A DNA stretch of 64,000 nucleotides from assembly GCA_000165345.1 (NCBI GenBank), contig CM000436.1, positions 576,001 to 640,000 on the forward strand, given 5' to 3'. The notes under the pieces were generated by a model. That model searched no databases, was not told the origin of the DNA, and worked only from the letters and a program-made list of their open reading frames with translations. Positions 46,153-56,733 of this stretch are shown here, piece by piece (the first letter of the stretch is position 1; the number at the start of each line of letters is the position of its first letter). A program made the translations under genes and the position numbers.

Positions 46153-49100
46153 ATGTGTAAAGGAAGAAATGCGTGGATGTTGAAAAGTTCGACTTCACTC
46201 ATATTGGCGATATGTTTGGTATTATTCCTAGTTCTGGAAAATGTTAGTTGTGAAGACGTCCCAATAAGACTGAAGACTTCGAATAATTTAAGAGGTGGGC
46301 CTAGTACTAATAGAGAGTCAAATATACTCGTCCCAGCATTTGAGCCAAGTAAAGAGTACGTTGATAAATACTTTTCCTATGTTGAATCTTTTCTCAAAAA
46401 TGTCAATTATTTATCAACTTTGAGTGTTTCTCTTGAGGTATTTAGCTCCATATGCTTTGTATTATGTCTGAGAGGGTTATCCACTCAAGAAACTGCGAAA
46501 AGAGGAAATTCTTTGGGAATCGTTGGGATAATATGTGCAATAGCAGCAACTTTCTTAGCACCGACTTTTACAATGAATTGGATTATGTTCATTGTACCAT
46601 TTGCTCTAGCAATTATCATTGGAATTCCTATATCTCATTGCGTTTCAATGGTTAATATACCTCAATTAGTTGCCTTATTTCACTCATTTGTGGGTTTGGC
46701 AGCAATGTTGATATCTTTTGCAAATTTATGGACACCATTCCAGTCATCTGAGGAAGAATTCTCAGCTGTTCATGCAATTGAGATGTTTATTGGAGAGGCT
46801 ATCTCAGCGATTACTTTTACTGGTAGTATTGTTGCAGCAGGAAAGTTACATGAAATATTCCCTTCAGGAGCTCTTAAGTTGCCTGGGCGTCATTTCTTAA
46901 ATGCGCTAATGGTAGCTGGTCTAATAGCTTTGGGGTCAGTCTTCATTATTATCACAGACTATGCAAATAGAACTTACTTAATGTATGGAAACAGTCTGCT
47001 CTCAATGTTATTGGGAATACATTTGGTGGCTTCTATTGGAGGAGCTGATATGCCTGTAGCAATATCTATGCTCAATTCTTATTCAGGATGGGCCACTTCA
47101 TTCACAGGATTCCTCATCAACTCAAAGATGCTCATTATTTGTGGAGCTCTAATTGGTTCATCTGGTGCAATCCTTTCTCATATTATGTGTTTGGGAATGA
47201 ATAGATCACTACTCAATGTAATGCTTGGAGGATGGGAATCTAATGGAGACTCTAATGAAGCTCAAGCTCTTGGAGATCAATCGGATGTTAATAAAACAAA
47301 TGCAATGAAGGTAGCTAGAGACCTTTTGTCTGCAAAAAAGGTACTTATAGTCCCTGGTTATGGTATGGCCGTTTCAAGATCCCAACAAGATGTAGCTTCT
47401 ATAGTAAATGCTCTTAGACTGAGAGATATTTACGTAGAATTTGCTATACATCCTGTTGCTGGCAGAATGCCAGGTCATATGAATGTATTACTTGCAGAGG
47501 CTGATGTTCCCTACTCTATTGTCAAGGAAATGGAGGATGTAAATCCTCATATGGAAAGTTTTGATGTTGTATTGGTCATTGGAGCAAATGATACAGTAAA
47601 TCCACTTGCACTTGAAAAAGATTCCAAAATTAATGGAATGCCAGTTATAGAAGTTTGGAGAGCTTCTAAGGTTATTGTTTCAAAGAGAAGTCTAGGGAAA
47701 GGATATGCAGCTATTGACAATCCACTCTTCTTTATGAAAAACGTAGAAATGATCTTCGGAAATGCTAAGGATTCTATGATTAACATCTTACAAAATATTA
47801 TTTCCATATCTCCGGAACAAAAGAAAGCCAATTTGAATGATGATCAAGAAACTATTGACGGTACAACAGCATCTCAAGAAGATAATGAAGAGTATCCTAC
47901 CCCTACTATGACTATTGGAGTCTTAAAAGAAGATCTCCCTAGTGAAAAGCTAGTTGCTATTGCTCCAAATTTTGTCAAAAAGCTCCGTAAGCTTGGATTT
48001 AGAGTCCTTGTAGAAAGTGGAGCTGGAACAAAAAGTCAATTTGATGATCAAAAGTACGAAAACGCATCTTGCACAATTATGGCTACTCGTCAAGACGTTG
48101 TAAGTCGATCTGACGTTATTGTTAAGGTACAGAAACCAACTGATGAAGAAATCTCGCAGATGAAATCTGGCCAAACTTTGGTTAGCTACATATGGCCAGC
48201 ACAAAATCCATCGCTGCTTGAATCTTTAGCTAAAAAGGGAGTTACTACTATAGCTTTGGATGAGGTTCCAAGAACTACAAGAGCACAAAAGCTTGATATT
48301 AGAAGCAGTATGAGTAATTTAGCAGGTTATAGAGCTGTAATTGAAGCCTTTGTTCAGCTTCCTAAATTATCAAAGTCTTCTATTACTGCTGCTGGAAGAG
48401 TGGATGCTGCTAGAGTATTTGTAATTGGAGCTGGTGTGGCTGGATTACAGGCTATTGCTACTGCAAAGAACCTTGGGGCTGATGTATATGCAAGCGACAC
48501 AAGAACTGCAACTAGAGAAGAAGTTGAGAGTTTAGGAGCTAAGTTTGTTACTGTTGATATTAAGGAAGATGGCGATTCTGGGTCAGGATATGCCAAAGTA
48601 ATGAGTCCAGAGTACTTAAAAGCACAAAGTAAGCTCTATTCTAAAATGATAAGGAGCTGCGATGTTGTAATTACTACAGCATTAATTCCAGGAAAGCCTT
48701 CACCAAAGATTATCACCAGAGAAATGGTCAATTCTATGAAACCTGGAAGTGTTATTGTCGATATGGCAGCAGAAATGGCTGACACAGCTTCTGGATGGGG
48801 CGGAAATTGCGAAATTACCAAGAAAGATCAAATCTATCTGGATGAAAAGAGTGGTGTTACTATTATTGGACTTACAAATCTACCATCAACTATGCCATCT
48901 CAAGCTTCTGAATTATTTAGTATGAATGTTGTACATATGCTAGAAGAACTTGGAGGAGCAGAGCACTTTTCTGTTGATATGAAAGATGATCTATTGAAGG
49001 AAATGGTTGTTACAATTAACGAAAAAGTTACATATGTACCAGTTGATAAAAGACCTCCCCCACCAAAGAGTGAAAGTTCTAATTCCTCCTCTTCTTCATC

Positions 49101-49584
49101 TTCCAGTTCTTCATCAACAGAAACATCCCATAGATCATTCTCATCAATTATGGAGAGAGTTATCTATTCCAATGTCTCCTTTGGATTCTTCGTATTCATT
49201 TCTGTTCTTGTTTCTATTGGACTTGGTTATATCATTGATCATGATACATTGGGTAATATTCTTGTATTTTCACTCTCTGTTATTGTTGGTTATTACTGTA
49301 TATGGAATGTTACTCCTTCTTTGCATACTCCATTAATGTCTGTAACCAATGCGTTATCTGGGATTATCATTATAGGAGCAATGCTGGAATGTGGCCCAGT
49401 CATTTTATTCACTGATTTCCAAGTCTATTCTTTCCTCTTGTTCTTGGCTATGTTACTCAGCTCCATTAACATAATTGGAGGATTTTATGTTACTACCAGA
49501 ATGTTGTATATGTTCACCGATAACCAAGTTGGATCTTGTACAGGAGAAGAAGCTCAGGGTACAAAGCACACTACAATCATATAA
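46153..49584 (+). CDS. PNT: NAD(P) transhydrogenase, single polypeptide with permuted domain order dIIb-dIII-dI-dIIa (PntB-like portion N-terminal to PntA-like portion)
   Basis: 1143 aa. The N-terminal signal-like segment is followed by multi-TM PntB-type helices (…DMPVAISMLNSYSGWA…). Next comes the NADP(H)-binding dIII domain (…KKVLIVPGYGMAVSRSQQDV… AIHPVAGRMPGHMNVLLAEADVPY… VVLVIGANDTVNP…). Next is the alanine-dehydrogenase-like dI NAD(H) domain (…VFVIGAGVAGLQAIATAKNLGADVYASDTR…), followed by C-terminal TM helices. This beta-before-alpha arrangement is the one described for coccidian/apicomplexan transhydrogenases. Confidence 0.85.
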   Translation: MCKGRNAWMLKSSTSLILAICLVLFLVLENVSCEDVPIRLKTSNNLRGGPSTNRESNILVPAFEPSKEYVDKYFSYVESFLKNVNYLSTLSVSLEVFSSICFVLCLRGLSTQETAKRGNSLGIVGIICAIAATFLAPTFTMNWIMFIVPFALAIIIGIPISHCVSMVNIPQLVALFHSFVGLAAMLISFANLWTPFQSSEEEFSAVHAIEMFIGEAISAITFTGSIVAAGKLHEIFPSGALKLPGRHFLNALMVAGLIALGSVFIIITDYANRTYLMYGNSLLSMLLGIHLVASIGGADMPVAISMLNSYSGWATSFTGFLINSKMLIICGALIGSSGAILSHIMCLGMNRSLLNVMLGGWESNGDSNEAQALGDQSDVNKTNAMKVARDLLSAKKVLIVPGYGMAVSRSQQDVASIVNALRLRDIYVEFAIHPVAGRMPGHMNVLLAEADVPYSIVKEMEDVNPHMESFDVVLVIGANDTVNPLALEKDSKINGMPVIEVWRASKVIVSKRSLGKGYAAIDNPLFFMKNVEMIFGNAKDSMINILQNIISISPEQKKANLNDDQETIDGTTASQEDNEEYPTPTMTIGVLKEDLPSEKLVAIAPNFVKKLRKLGFRVLVESGAGTKSQFDDQKYENASCTIMATRQDVVSRSDVIVKVQKPTDEEISQMKSGQTLVSYIWPAQNPSLLESLAKKGVTTIALDEVPRTTRAQKLDIRSSMSNLAGYRAVIEAFVQLPKLSKSSITAAGRVDAARVFVIGAGVAGLQAIATAKNLGADVYASDTRTATREEVESLGAKFVTVDIKEDGDSGSGYAKVMSPEYLKAQSKLYSKMIRSCDVVITTALIPGKPSPKIITREMVNSMKPGSVIVDMAAEMADTASGWGGNCEITKKDQIYLDEKSGVTIIGLTNLPSTMPSQASELFSMNVVHMLEELGGAEHFSVDMKDDLLKEMVVTINEKVTYVPVDKRPPPPKSESSNSSSSSSSSSSSTETSHRSFSSIMERVIYSNVSFGFFVFISVLVSIGLGYIIDHDTLGNILVFSLSVIVGYYCIWNVTPSLHTPLMSVTNALSGIIIIGAMLECGPVILFTDFQVYSFLLFLAMLLSSINIIGGFYVTTRMLYMFTDNQVGSCTGEEAQGTKHTTII

Positions 49585-50361
49585 TATTTCAAGATTATCC
49601 AGTTTAACTCTTGAAATTCATTGAGAGTTATTATCTACTGATTTATATGTATTAATCCTTTTTTTTTTCAAGATCTTACCATATTAAGTCGATTTACCAA
49701 TGTATATTATTCATTATAGTTATCGGAAATAACATAATCTATCAACCATTTATGCTCCAGTAAAGCTTAAGGCTCGTTTATTACAAAGGTGTTTAGTATT
49801 AGAACCCAAGATCTTTCTCAAATTAAACAAGAAACAAAAACTAAATGAATACTTTATACAGATATAACAAACAATATCTGGCTTTGAGATGATATCACAA
49901 TAAACATTGGTTTAGTTTGGTAAAATTTCAAATTTAAGGCTATTTCATTACTAAGATAGAATTAGTTGACGGAAACTTCTATTATTAGTACCACTATCAT
50001 CCTAGAGATTTTGTTATAATGTGAATAAACGACTACTTTTTTTCCTCGTCTCGTTTAACTCTAGACGCTTTTATTCATCAAAATTAGAACTTTCAATGTT
50101 AAACTAACACAATAGAAATTTCAATTATTAAGTAATAAAGAAAATACTTAAATTCAGCAAACGAATTCCAAGTTTTACAAAGAAAATTAATTTAGTAGAC
50201 AGAATATTAATTCTTAGTACTAAAGTAATTTAGTAATTGTTGAATGAAAATCTCCAGCGAGCAAAATGAGAAAAGTCATGTCTTAAAGAATAGTGATGTT
50301 GCTTCTAGAAATAAATACTTTGTAGACTTGTAATTCTAATAGGCCTTTTAACTGAAGTAAT

Positions 50362-50745
50362 TCAGTGAGCAACTGGCTGTGACTGAGTTGAAACTGGTTG
50401 TTGCTGGGATTGTGGCTGAGATTGATTCTGATTCTGGTAGAATCCACGGCCTCTACCTCCACGGCCACGTCCTCTCATTCCTCTACCTCTTCCTCTGCCT
50501 CTACCTCTGCGTCTATCACCCTTAACTGGGGCACCATTTGGACCAGAGACATTGACAGCCTTACGACGGCCCTTGTCATCAGTTTCAATTTCATATTCTA
50601 CTCTCTCATCTTGTGCCAAGGATCTGAATCCTTCAACCTTAATATTCTGCTGGTGCACAAAGATATCCTCAGATCCGTCGTCGGGGGTAATGAATCCGAA
50701 CCCCTTAGTCGAATCAAACCACTTGCAAACTCCAGATAAAGGCAT
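50362..50745 (-). CDS. Cold-shock domain (Y-box-like) protein with an RG-rich C-terminal tail
   Basis: 127 aa. The N-terminus [31 protein letters not shown]… is a canonical CSD with RNP1/RNP2-like motifs. The C-terminus is [24 protein letters not shown] followed by a Q-rich end. Confidence 0.85.
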   Translation of the reverse strand: MPLSGVCKWFDSTKGFGFITPDDGSEDIFVHQQNIKVEGFRSLAQDERVEYEIETDDKGRRKAVNVSGPNGAPVKGDRRRGRGRGRGRGMRGRGRGGRGRGFYQNQNQSQPQSQQQPVSTQSQPVAH

Positions 50746-51119
50746 TTTAACAAGTTTTATAGGTTTCTCTTAAAATCGTTTAAATCCAAAGAATTTACGT
50801 TGTCTAATGGGGTCTAAGAGAAGCTACACTAGTGTAAAATGTGAAATATACTTTACCGCGCAAAGTCTTTTATTAATAATAAAATAAAAAGTGAATATAT
50901 TATATAATCAACTTGAATATATAATATTTAAATATATATATACATATATGTTTATTTATTTATATATATTGAATGGGCAATCCACTTTTCTAAATTTGTT
51001 AACTTTTAATCAACTTGACAAATCGTATTCATAATTACTAATAAAACTAATTGATATATTAACTAATCTTAATATTTATACTAATCAACTTTGCCTTATA
51101 CATCAAATACAGATATATA

Positions 51120-51800
51120 TAATATATTGGAGACGCGTGAGACACGACATTTAGTACCGGCGTACATAGGCGGGTAATTCAGCGCGAAGGGTGGGGAATT
51201 GTCTCAGAACCAATCAATTCTTTATAAGGCAGAGGGTATAAAGCCAAGTTGCAATTTTAAAAGATATACGAAAGAGCTGAATTTAAAAAGAAGTAATGCG
51301 GGTAATAGACATTTCGGGAGCAAAAATTGCTATAAGTGGATCCTAGAGGAGATATATTTGGCGGGAAGCCCACAGGTAAATACCAATGTGTGGGTACTTC
51401 AGCGCCTGGGAGGTTTATTAGTTAGAATGAAAAAAATTGAGGTTGAGTAGACCTAACGGCATTTATGATTTCACTTCTCCTATTGGTAGGTATTCAGATT
51501 CGTATTGCCGGACATGTAATGTAAAAATTAATATTGAGTGCCTGAATCCATGTGGCGCCAAAATTGTATTTTGTGTTGTATGGGCGAGTAATGCAGTAGT
51601 AAGATAATGTTGGTAATAGTAATTTCAGTATAGTAGCGGTAATATTATTGTTAGCAGTAGTAGTATTTATAATAGCAAAGCAGAAGTTGGCTTTAGAGAT
51701 GAGTAACTGCTCTCTATGTCTTTAGGAATTTTACTTGAAGAATTAGACTAAATTTTTAGCATAAAAGACAATGATTTGGCGCGCTGCTAAAAATTTACAT
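51120..51800. other. GC-elevated non-coding block in a 1.2-kb intergenic region (candidate structured ncRNA or complex regulatory region)
   Basis: It has no ATG ORF; the ORF-track entry 51199..51450 starts at a TTG. Its composition is clearly less AT-rich than the neighbouring intergenic DNA. It contains several GGCGGG/GGCGCC/GCGCGC cores (51165-51195, 51550-51566, 51774-51793) and self-complementary stretches. I could not match it to U-snRNAs or tRNA by eye. Confidence 0.2.
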
Positions 51801-51959
51801 GATTAAAAATGTCAGACGAAAATGAATTCAGAATAATGAATATACACAAGTGCATATTCATATAGTCAGGATCAGTATATTCTTTAGATAAATTTACATC
51901 GAAGAAATGAGGGGGTTTTGTGTTGTTGGTCAATTAATTAGGTTCAATAAAAAATTGAG

Positions 51960-53109
51960 CTAATAGTTAATTCTGGATCTCTTTCTATATTGAGTTAATT
52001 TTTGATCCTGTTTTGAGCGTATTTTCTGATAAACAAAATCTTTCCAGTAACTAGAAACAGATTGTGAAAAATCAACATGTATTCTGAAATAATGAGTTAA
52101 TTTAGTTGATGGAAAAATATAAGTTACGATGAATTATCACAAAAATAAGATAAAGTTCAGGGAGAAGAAGAAAAGGGAAAGATCGTAGTTAGAAGTCAAC
52201 TTACCTTCTATCGTCAATTACAGCGTTCTGCATTTTCAAAAATGCCATTTCACACTGTTGTTTAGTTTCAAACTCAATGAATGCATATTGAAGAGAGTCT
52301 CCAGTCTTGTAGTCTCTAATAATGTTACAAGATTTTACTTCGCCAAATCTCGAGAATATAAGCTCTAAGTCATCGTCTTGAGTAACTGGATTGAGCTTAC
52401 AAACAAAAAGGACATTTTCTGGAGGTTTCATATCAGCATCAGGAATATCTCCAAGAATCTCTAAGGTTATAGCTCTAGATTTAGCTTCTCTTTCACTAAT
52501 AGAATTTAGAGCTTTAACTTCATCCTGATCATACGTTTGAACCAATGGATCAGTTTCTTCTGGAGGTGAATTAGGTGGAATGATTTCTAGAAGCTGTGGA
52601 GAGTCTTCAAAAGGATCATCCAATATATACGTATGTAGAATCATAACTTTTTGTAAAGGTATAGAATTTTCATCTGTAATAACTTGGTTGAGTTTAGACA
52701 AAATAGGAATCCCTTCCTCAACTTGAGCAAAAATTACATGATTACCATCCAAATGACTTAATTCATCTTTCAGTGTAAAATAAAACTCTGAACCCAAAGA
52801 ATTCTTGGAAATATGATTGACCATTCCTAGAACCCCCATTCTTTTATGCTTAAGTTTTGGTGTAGTTTCAAGTTCCAAAGATATATTATCCTTTTTCTGA
52901 TTACTTAATAACTGATAAAGTGAGGAATTCCCATATTGCTTAGATCTGCCAGTTCTGGCAATGAAATCTTTCTCTATCTTATAAAATTCACAATTATTAT
53001 AGAATTTAAGCTTACAGAGCTTTAGAAAGTTTTCACACGTCTTTGGACAAAGATCCACATTTAAATCAATCACCAAGTCCCCTAAAGTAGTTTCAATTAA
53101 CACAGACAT
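51960..53109 (-). CDS. PPIL4: Peptidyl-prolyl isomerase-like 4 (cyclophilin-RRM protein, PPIL4), 2 exons
   Basis: Minus-strand exon 1 is 52205..53109. It starts MSVLIETTLGDLVIDLNVDLCPKTCENFLKLCKLKFYN… (cyclophilin fold) and contains the RRM …ENVLFVCKLNPVTQDDDLELIFSRFGEVKSCNIIRDYKTGDSLQYAFIEFE… The ORF ends …VIDDRR at a GTAAGT donor. Exon 2 is 51960..52083 and begins IHVDFSQSV…, the conserved motif that directly follows the RRM in PPIL4 orthologs. It ends at a TAG stop. The intron is 121 nt. Confidence 0.8.
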
Positions 53110-53260
53110 GTAAGAATCAAGTTCTTCTTATTGAACTAATCCAAAAATCAATAATCTAAATCTTCATGTTATCAAGTTAATCTCAAATGTATTCCTTTGA
53201 ACTTTAACCTCTAATTTGATTAGACACTTTTTATTAATTATTATGGTTGCTTCTTTATAT

Positions 53261-53278
53261 CTTTAGGCGGGTAATTCC
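53261..53278. promoter_or_regulatory. CTTTAGGCGGGTAATTCC E2F-like site
   Basis: About 150 bp upstream of the PPIL4 start on the minus strand. The same AGGCGGGTAATTC string occurs again at 51166-51181. Confidence 0.3.
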
Positions 53279-53620
53279 TCACTAAGTGTTACCGGTATGC
53301 ATTTTTTTTATTTCTTAAAAGACTATATTTACCGTCATTTTTTTCATGTGGACAACAAAAAATTAAAAATTGTTAAAAAATATTACATGCTCGTATTTTA
53401 GTAGTAAAAGGAAAGGGAAAGAGAAAACTACAAAATAGGAGAATTTGTAACAGACAATAAACTTCGTAGAATATTACTAATTTATGAGAAAATAATAAAG
53501 TTCAATATTGAATCAAGAAGGGTAGAACAAAAATATTTAAGAATTATTGAGAACTCTTTTCTTTATTTCCTTTGGATTTGCTACTTTAACTGGCTTGAAT
53601 TAATCTGACCATTTCAAAAT

Positions 53621-54748
53621 ATGAGCAAAAAGAATGATGCTCGACCTTGCTCTAAAAGGTTTTTAAAATTTCCAAAAATGGGCAGTTCACTAAAAATATA
53701 CACACAAGGTATGAAAATAATAGTCGATAGTTTTTACTGTTAAGCCAAAAGCCCTCTAGTATTAAATTCTTTTAATATTTATATTGGAATGCAGTAAGAA
53801 CCATAGAAAACGGATAAGCTACTTTTGTCTCAGTAATCTTCATGTATGATTTTGTTTTGATCATCAAAGATCAAGAGATGATCTGCTAAAGAGAGACTTT
53901 GATGGCATAAGTTAGCTTTAATTAACGCTAAAATTTGAATTCCACTAACTATAATACCCCTTTTACAAATTGTATTTTTTTTTTTTTTTTAGAAGAATCT
54001 GAACCTGAAAAATTTCAAGTAAGAAAAAATAGTGCACTTGATAACTTACTTGAGTTATCGTTTCCACCAGTGAGGTCTTTTGATGGAGAAAAAAGGTAAA
54101 GTTAAAAATAATAGCATTTTGCTTGATTTGATTTAGTTTAATTCAAACGATTCTTAATATATATTATACATCAACTATTAATACACTTTTTAGATCATAT
54201 GAATTTCGATACCCAAATAGCAAAAGGTCACTATTCCCATTTGAACTAACACCTAGAACGCTCTGTTGTATAGATAATATTAAAATGGGAGTGAAAACGG
54301 TAAGTATGATAGCCTCAATTTTTCTGGTATCAATCTTATTATTACCTAATTTAATATATCTATTTCTCCCATATTTTCATAGGGAGCTATAATTGGATCT
54401 ATCTTTGGCGGAATCAATGGTGCATACCATGCACTAAAATACAGGAATTATATGGCAATTCCAGTCTTTGCTGTAAGTCAAAAACTAATTCAGAGTCAAA
54501 TTTCGTTAATAATCTTATCCCTTTATTAGATTGGTGGAGCCATTAGTTTTGGATTCTTTCTTGGGTGTGGGATGATAGTTAGATGCCAACCCTCAGAATT
54601 TACCAATTATAAATTTCATAATAAATGTAGTCAGGTCATTTTTCCAATATACTTTAATAAGATTGAAAGAGTTTCCCGCCAAGACTTCAAAATACATGAT
54701 AATTTGAACAATTTCTACAAATTCCAAAATGATAAAATATCAAAATAA
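53621..54748 (+). CDS. Small 5-exon gene encoding a glycine-zipper (GxxxG) two-helix membrane protein (Tim17/PRAT- or TMEM14-like?); not in the ORF track
   Basis: Exons: 53621..53708 (ATG, MSKKNDARPCSKRF…; donor AAG|GTATGA), 53993..54095 (donor GTAAAG), 54194..54299 (donor GTAAGT), 54383..54472 (GAIIGSIFGGINGAYHALKYRNYMAIPVFA; donor GTAAGT) and 54530..54748 (IGGAISFGFFLGCGMIV…; TAA stop). Phases are consistent. The first intron (about 284 nt) and the exact 3' end are the least certain parts. Confidence 0.3.
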
Positions 54749-54920
54749 CCAATCAAGTACAAAACAAATTATTAATTTTCAATTTTATTGATATTTAAAA
54801 ACCTATTAATTTTATCATTAATACTATGTATCTACGCGTTATGATTTCTGTATAAATTTTCCACAAGACCTATATCAACTATTTTAAGCCATGCAATTTT
54901 CCCTATACCGGCATTTACTT

Positions 54921-54959
54921 GCATACATGCGCAAAAGGCGGCAACTCTCTGCATGTATA
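54921..54959. promoter_or_regulatory. GCATACATGCGCAAAAGGCGGCAACTCTCTGCATGTATA
   Basis: Located 165-200 bp upstream of the adenosine kinase ATG. It contains ATGCGC and GGCGGC cores flanked by TGCAT half-sites. Confidence 0.3.
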
Positions 54960-55123
54960 TACTTTAAGTGGGAATCATTAAGATATTTTGATTCTTTTTT
55001 TTCTTAAATTTTTAAAAGGGAAAAAGAGGCAAAAAAATTAACAAATCTAGTCGATATATCCACTATTTACTTGGATAAATAATAACTTTCAATCTATAGA
55101 TTTTTAATATTGATTTGGAAGAA

Positions 55124-56287
55124 ATGAGGGGAAAGAAAATATTTGGAATGTGCAACCCGATCTTGGATATAGTGTTAAAGGCATCTCCTGATAGAATAAA
55201 GGATTTAGGGCTTAAGATAGGGTCAACGACTCTTGGAAATGATGAGGAAGTTTTCAAGCTAATTGGTGATATAATTTCAAACAATGAAGATGCTAATTTT
55301 GTAGCAGGAGGATCTCTTTTAAATGCATTTCGAGTCTGTAAGGAGCTGTCAAATAAGGACGAAAAAAATAAAGATGATTCAATTTCAGTATTTTTTTCAG
55401 GAGGAATTAGCGATGACTCTGGGGGAATTTTACTTCAGGAATTGCTCACGGAAATTGGAATTGAATTTGAATTCCATATTACTAACAAGGCGAATCTGGA
55501 AACAGCAAAATGCGTAGTTTTTGTAACTGAAGAAGAGAGAACGCTTCTCGCAGGATTAGGAGCTGCTAAGGAATATTCGATTACCACTTTTGAGTCAGAA
55601 AATATTCAACATGCTTTAAAGACCGCAAATATATTCGCAACAAGTGGATTCTTTGTTGAAGTTTGTTTCCAGGCAATTCTTAAATCTGCTCAATATATTC
55701 ATCAATTTAGATCTAACGAATGTTCATTTGTATTTGGACTTTCAGCTACTTATATTCCAGAAAAGTATATGAATGAGTTATTCCAACTTCTACCAATGAT
55801 TGATTATATCATTGGAAACCAAGAAGAATTTGTCTCTTTATATAAAAGTATCAACAATATCCTTCAAATTGAAGACGATGACCAACTATTACTTTCGCAG
55901 GATAATATAAATCAACCAGAAAACGATGCTTTAGAAAGAATTCTCACAGAAATTCATAAGCATCTTAAACCCACATGTATTATACTATGCACAAGAGCCC
56001 ATTTACCCGTTATTTCATTCAACCCTAAAGATCCTAATAGTTGTATAAAATATCATGAATGTATTCACGTCCCTAAAGAAAGGCTCATTGATGTTAATGG
56101 CTGTGGGGATGCATTTAAGGGTGGGCTTATTTACGGTATTTCAAACTCTTATCCTTTAGATGCAAGCATATATATGGGGCATTATGCTGCCTCTAATGTT
56201 GCTCAAAATGTTGGCTGTGATTTTGATTTCTCAAATAAACCAACTCTTAGTGAAATTATACAACTAACTTCATCTAAAAATAATTAA
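55124..56287 (+). CDS. ADK: Adenosine kinase (PfkB/ribokinase superfamily)
   Basis: The ORF track starts at a TTG at 55115; the first ATG is 55124 (MRGKKIFGMCNPILDIVLKA…). The N-terminal GxxNPxLD motif and the …VAGGSLLNAFRVC… block match adenosine kinase. The C-terminal PfkB signature is …DVNGCGDAFKGGLIYGI…. Confidence 0.75.
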   Translation: MRGKKIFGMCNPILDIVLKASPDRIKDLGLKIGSTTLGNDEEVFKLIGDIISNNEDANFVAGGSLLNAFRVCKELSNKDEKNKDDSISVFFSGGISDDSGGILLQELLTEIGIEFEFHITNKANLETAKCVVFVTEEERTLLAGLGAAKEYSITTFESENIQHALKTANIFATSGFFVEVCFQAILKSAQYIHQFRSNECSFVFGLSATYIPEKYMNELFQLLPMIDYIIGNQEEFVSLYKSINNILQIEDDDQLLLSQDNINQPENDALERILTEIHKHLKPTCIILCTRAHLPVISFNPKDPNSCIKYHECIHVPKERLIDVNGCGDAFKGGLIYGISNSYPLDASIYMGHYAASNVAQNVGCDFDFSNKPTLSEIIQLTSSKNN

Positions 56288-56367
56288 TTTCCGCAAATAT
56301 CTAATTTTAGGTTTAATACATTCCCAATATTATTAATAATACTAATTTTGCCATTATTTATTTTTTT

Positions 56368-56435
56368 CACCACGTAATACAATTTTTATACCTGCATGTA
56401 ATTTTTACTATTCATTTCCATCTTGGCGCCAATCC
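56368..56435. promoter_or_regulatory. CACCACGTAATAC … CCTGCATGTAAT … TCTTGGCGCCAATCC
   Basis: CACGTAAT, TGCATG and GGCGCCAA motifs lie 300-360 bp upstream of CDC45. Confidence 0.35.
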
Positions 56436-56733
56436 TACACATTTATTATTAAATAAAATAAAAAAAATTTGTGTTAAATAAATAATATGCGAGTAGGGTT
56501 GTTTAATTTTTTTTTCTTTCGTACCAAGAAATAATTTCAAAATAGATTGAATTCAATTAAGAGAAGAATAACAATTAATTACATGGGTTTTTGATTTATG
56601 TGTGTTCATGAGCTTGCAAGGCTTTGTGGCGAATTTATCAAAGGTCTTTTTTTTTTATTGAAAATTACCCCTAGTTATAAGCATAAGTAATTAAAAAGAT
56701 AATTGAATAAGATAATACTTAGATTTTGAGAGG

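Noticed and set aside
51199-51450. 83-aa ORF in the GC-rich intergenic block
   Set aside because: It starts at a TTG and there is no in-frame ATG near its beginning. I kept the region as a non-coding candidate instead.
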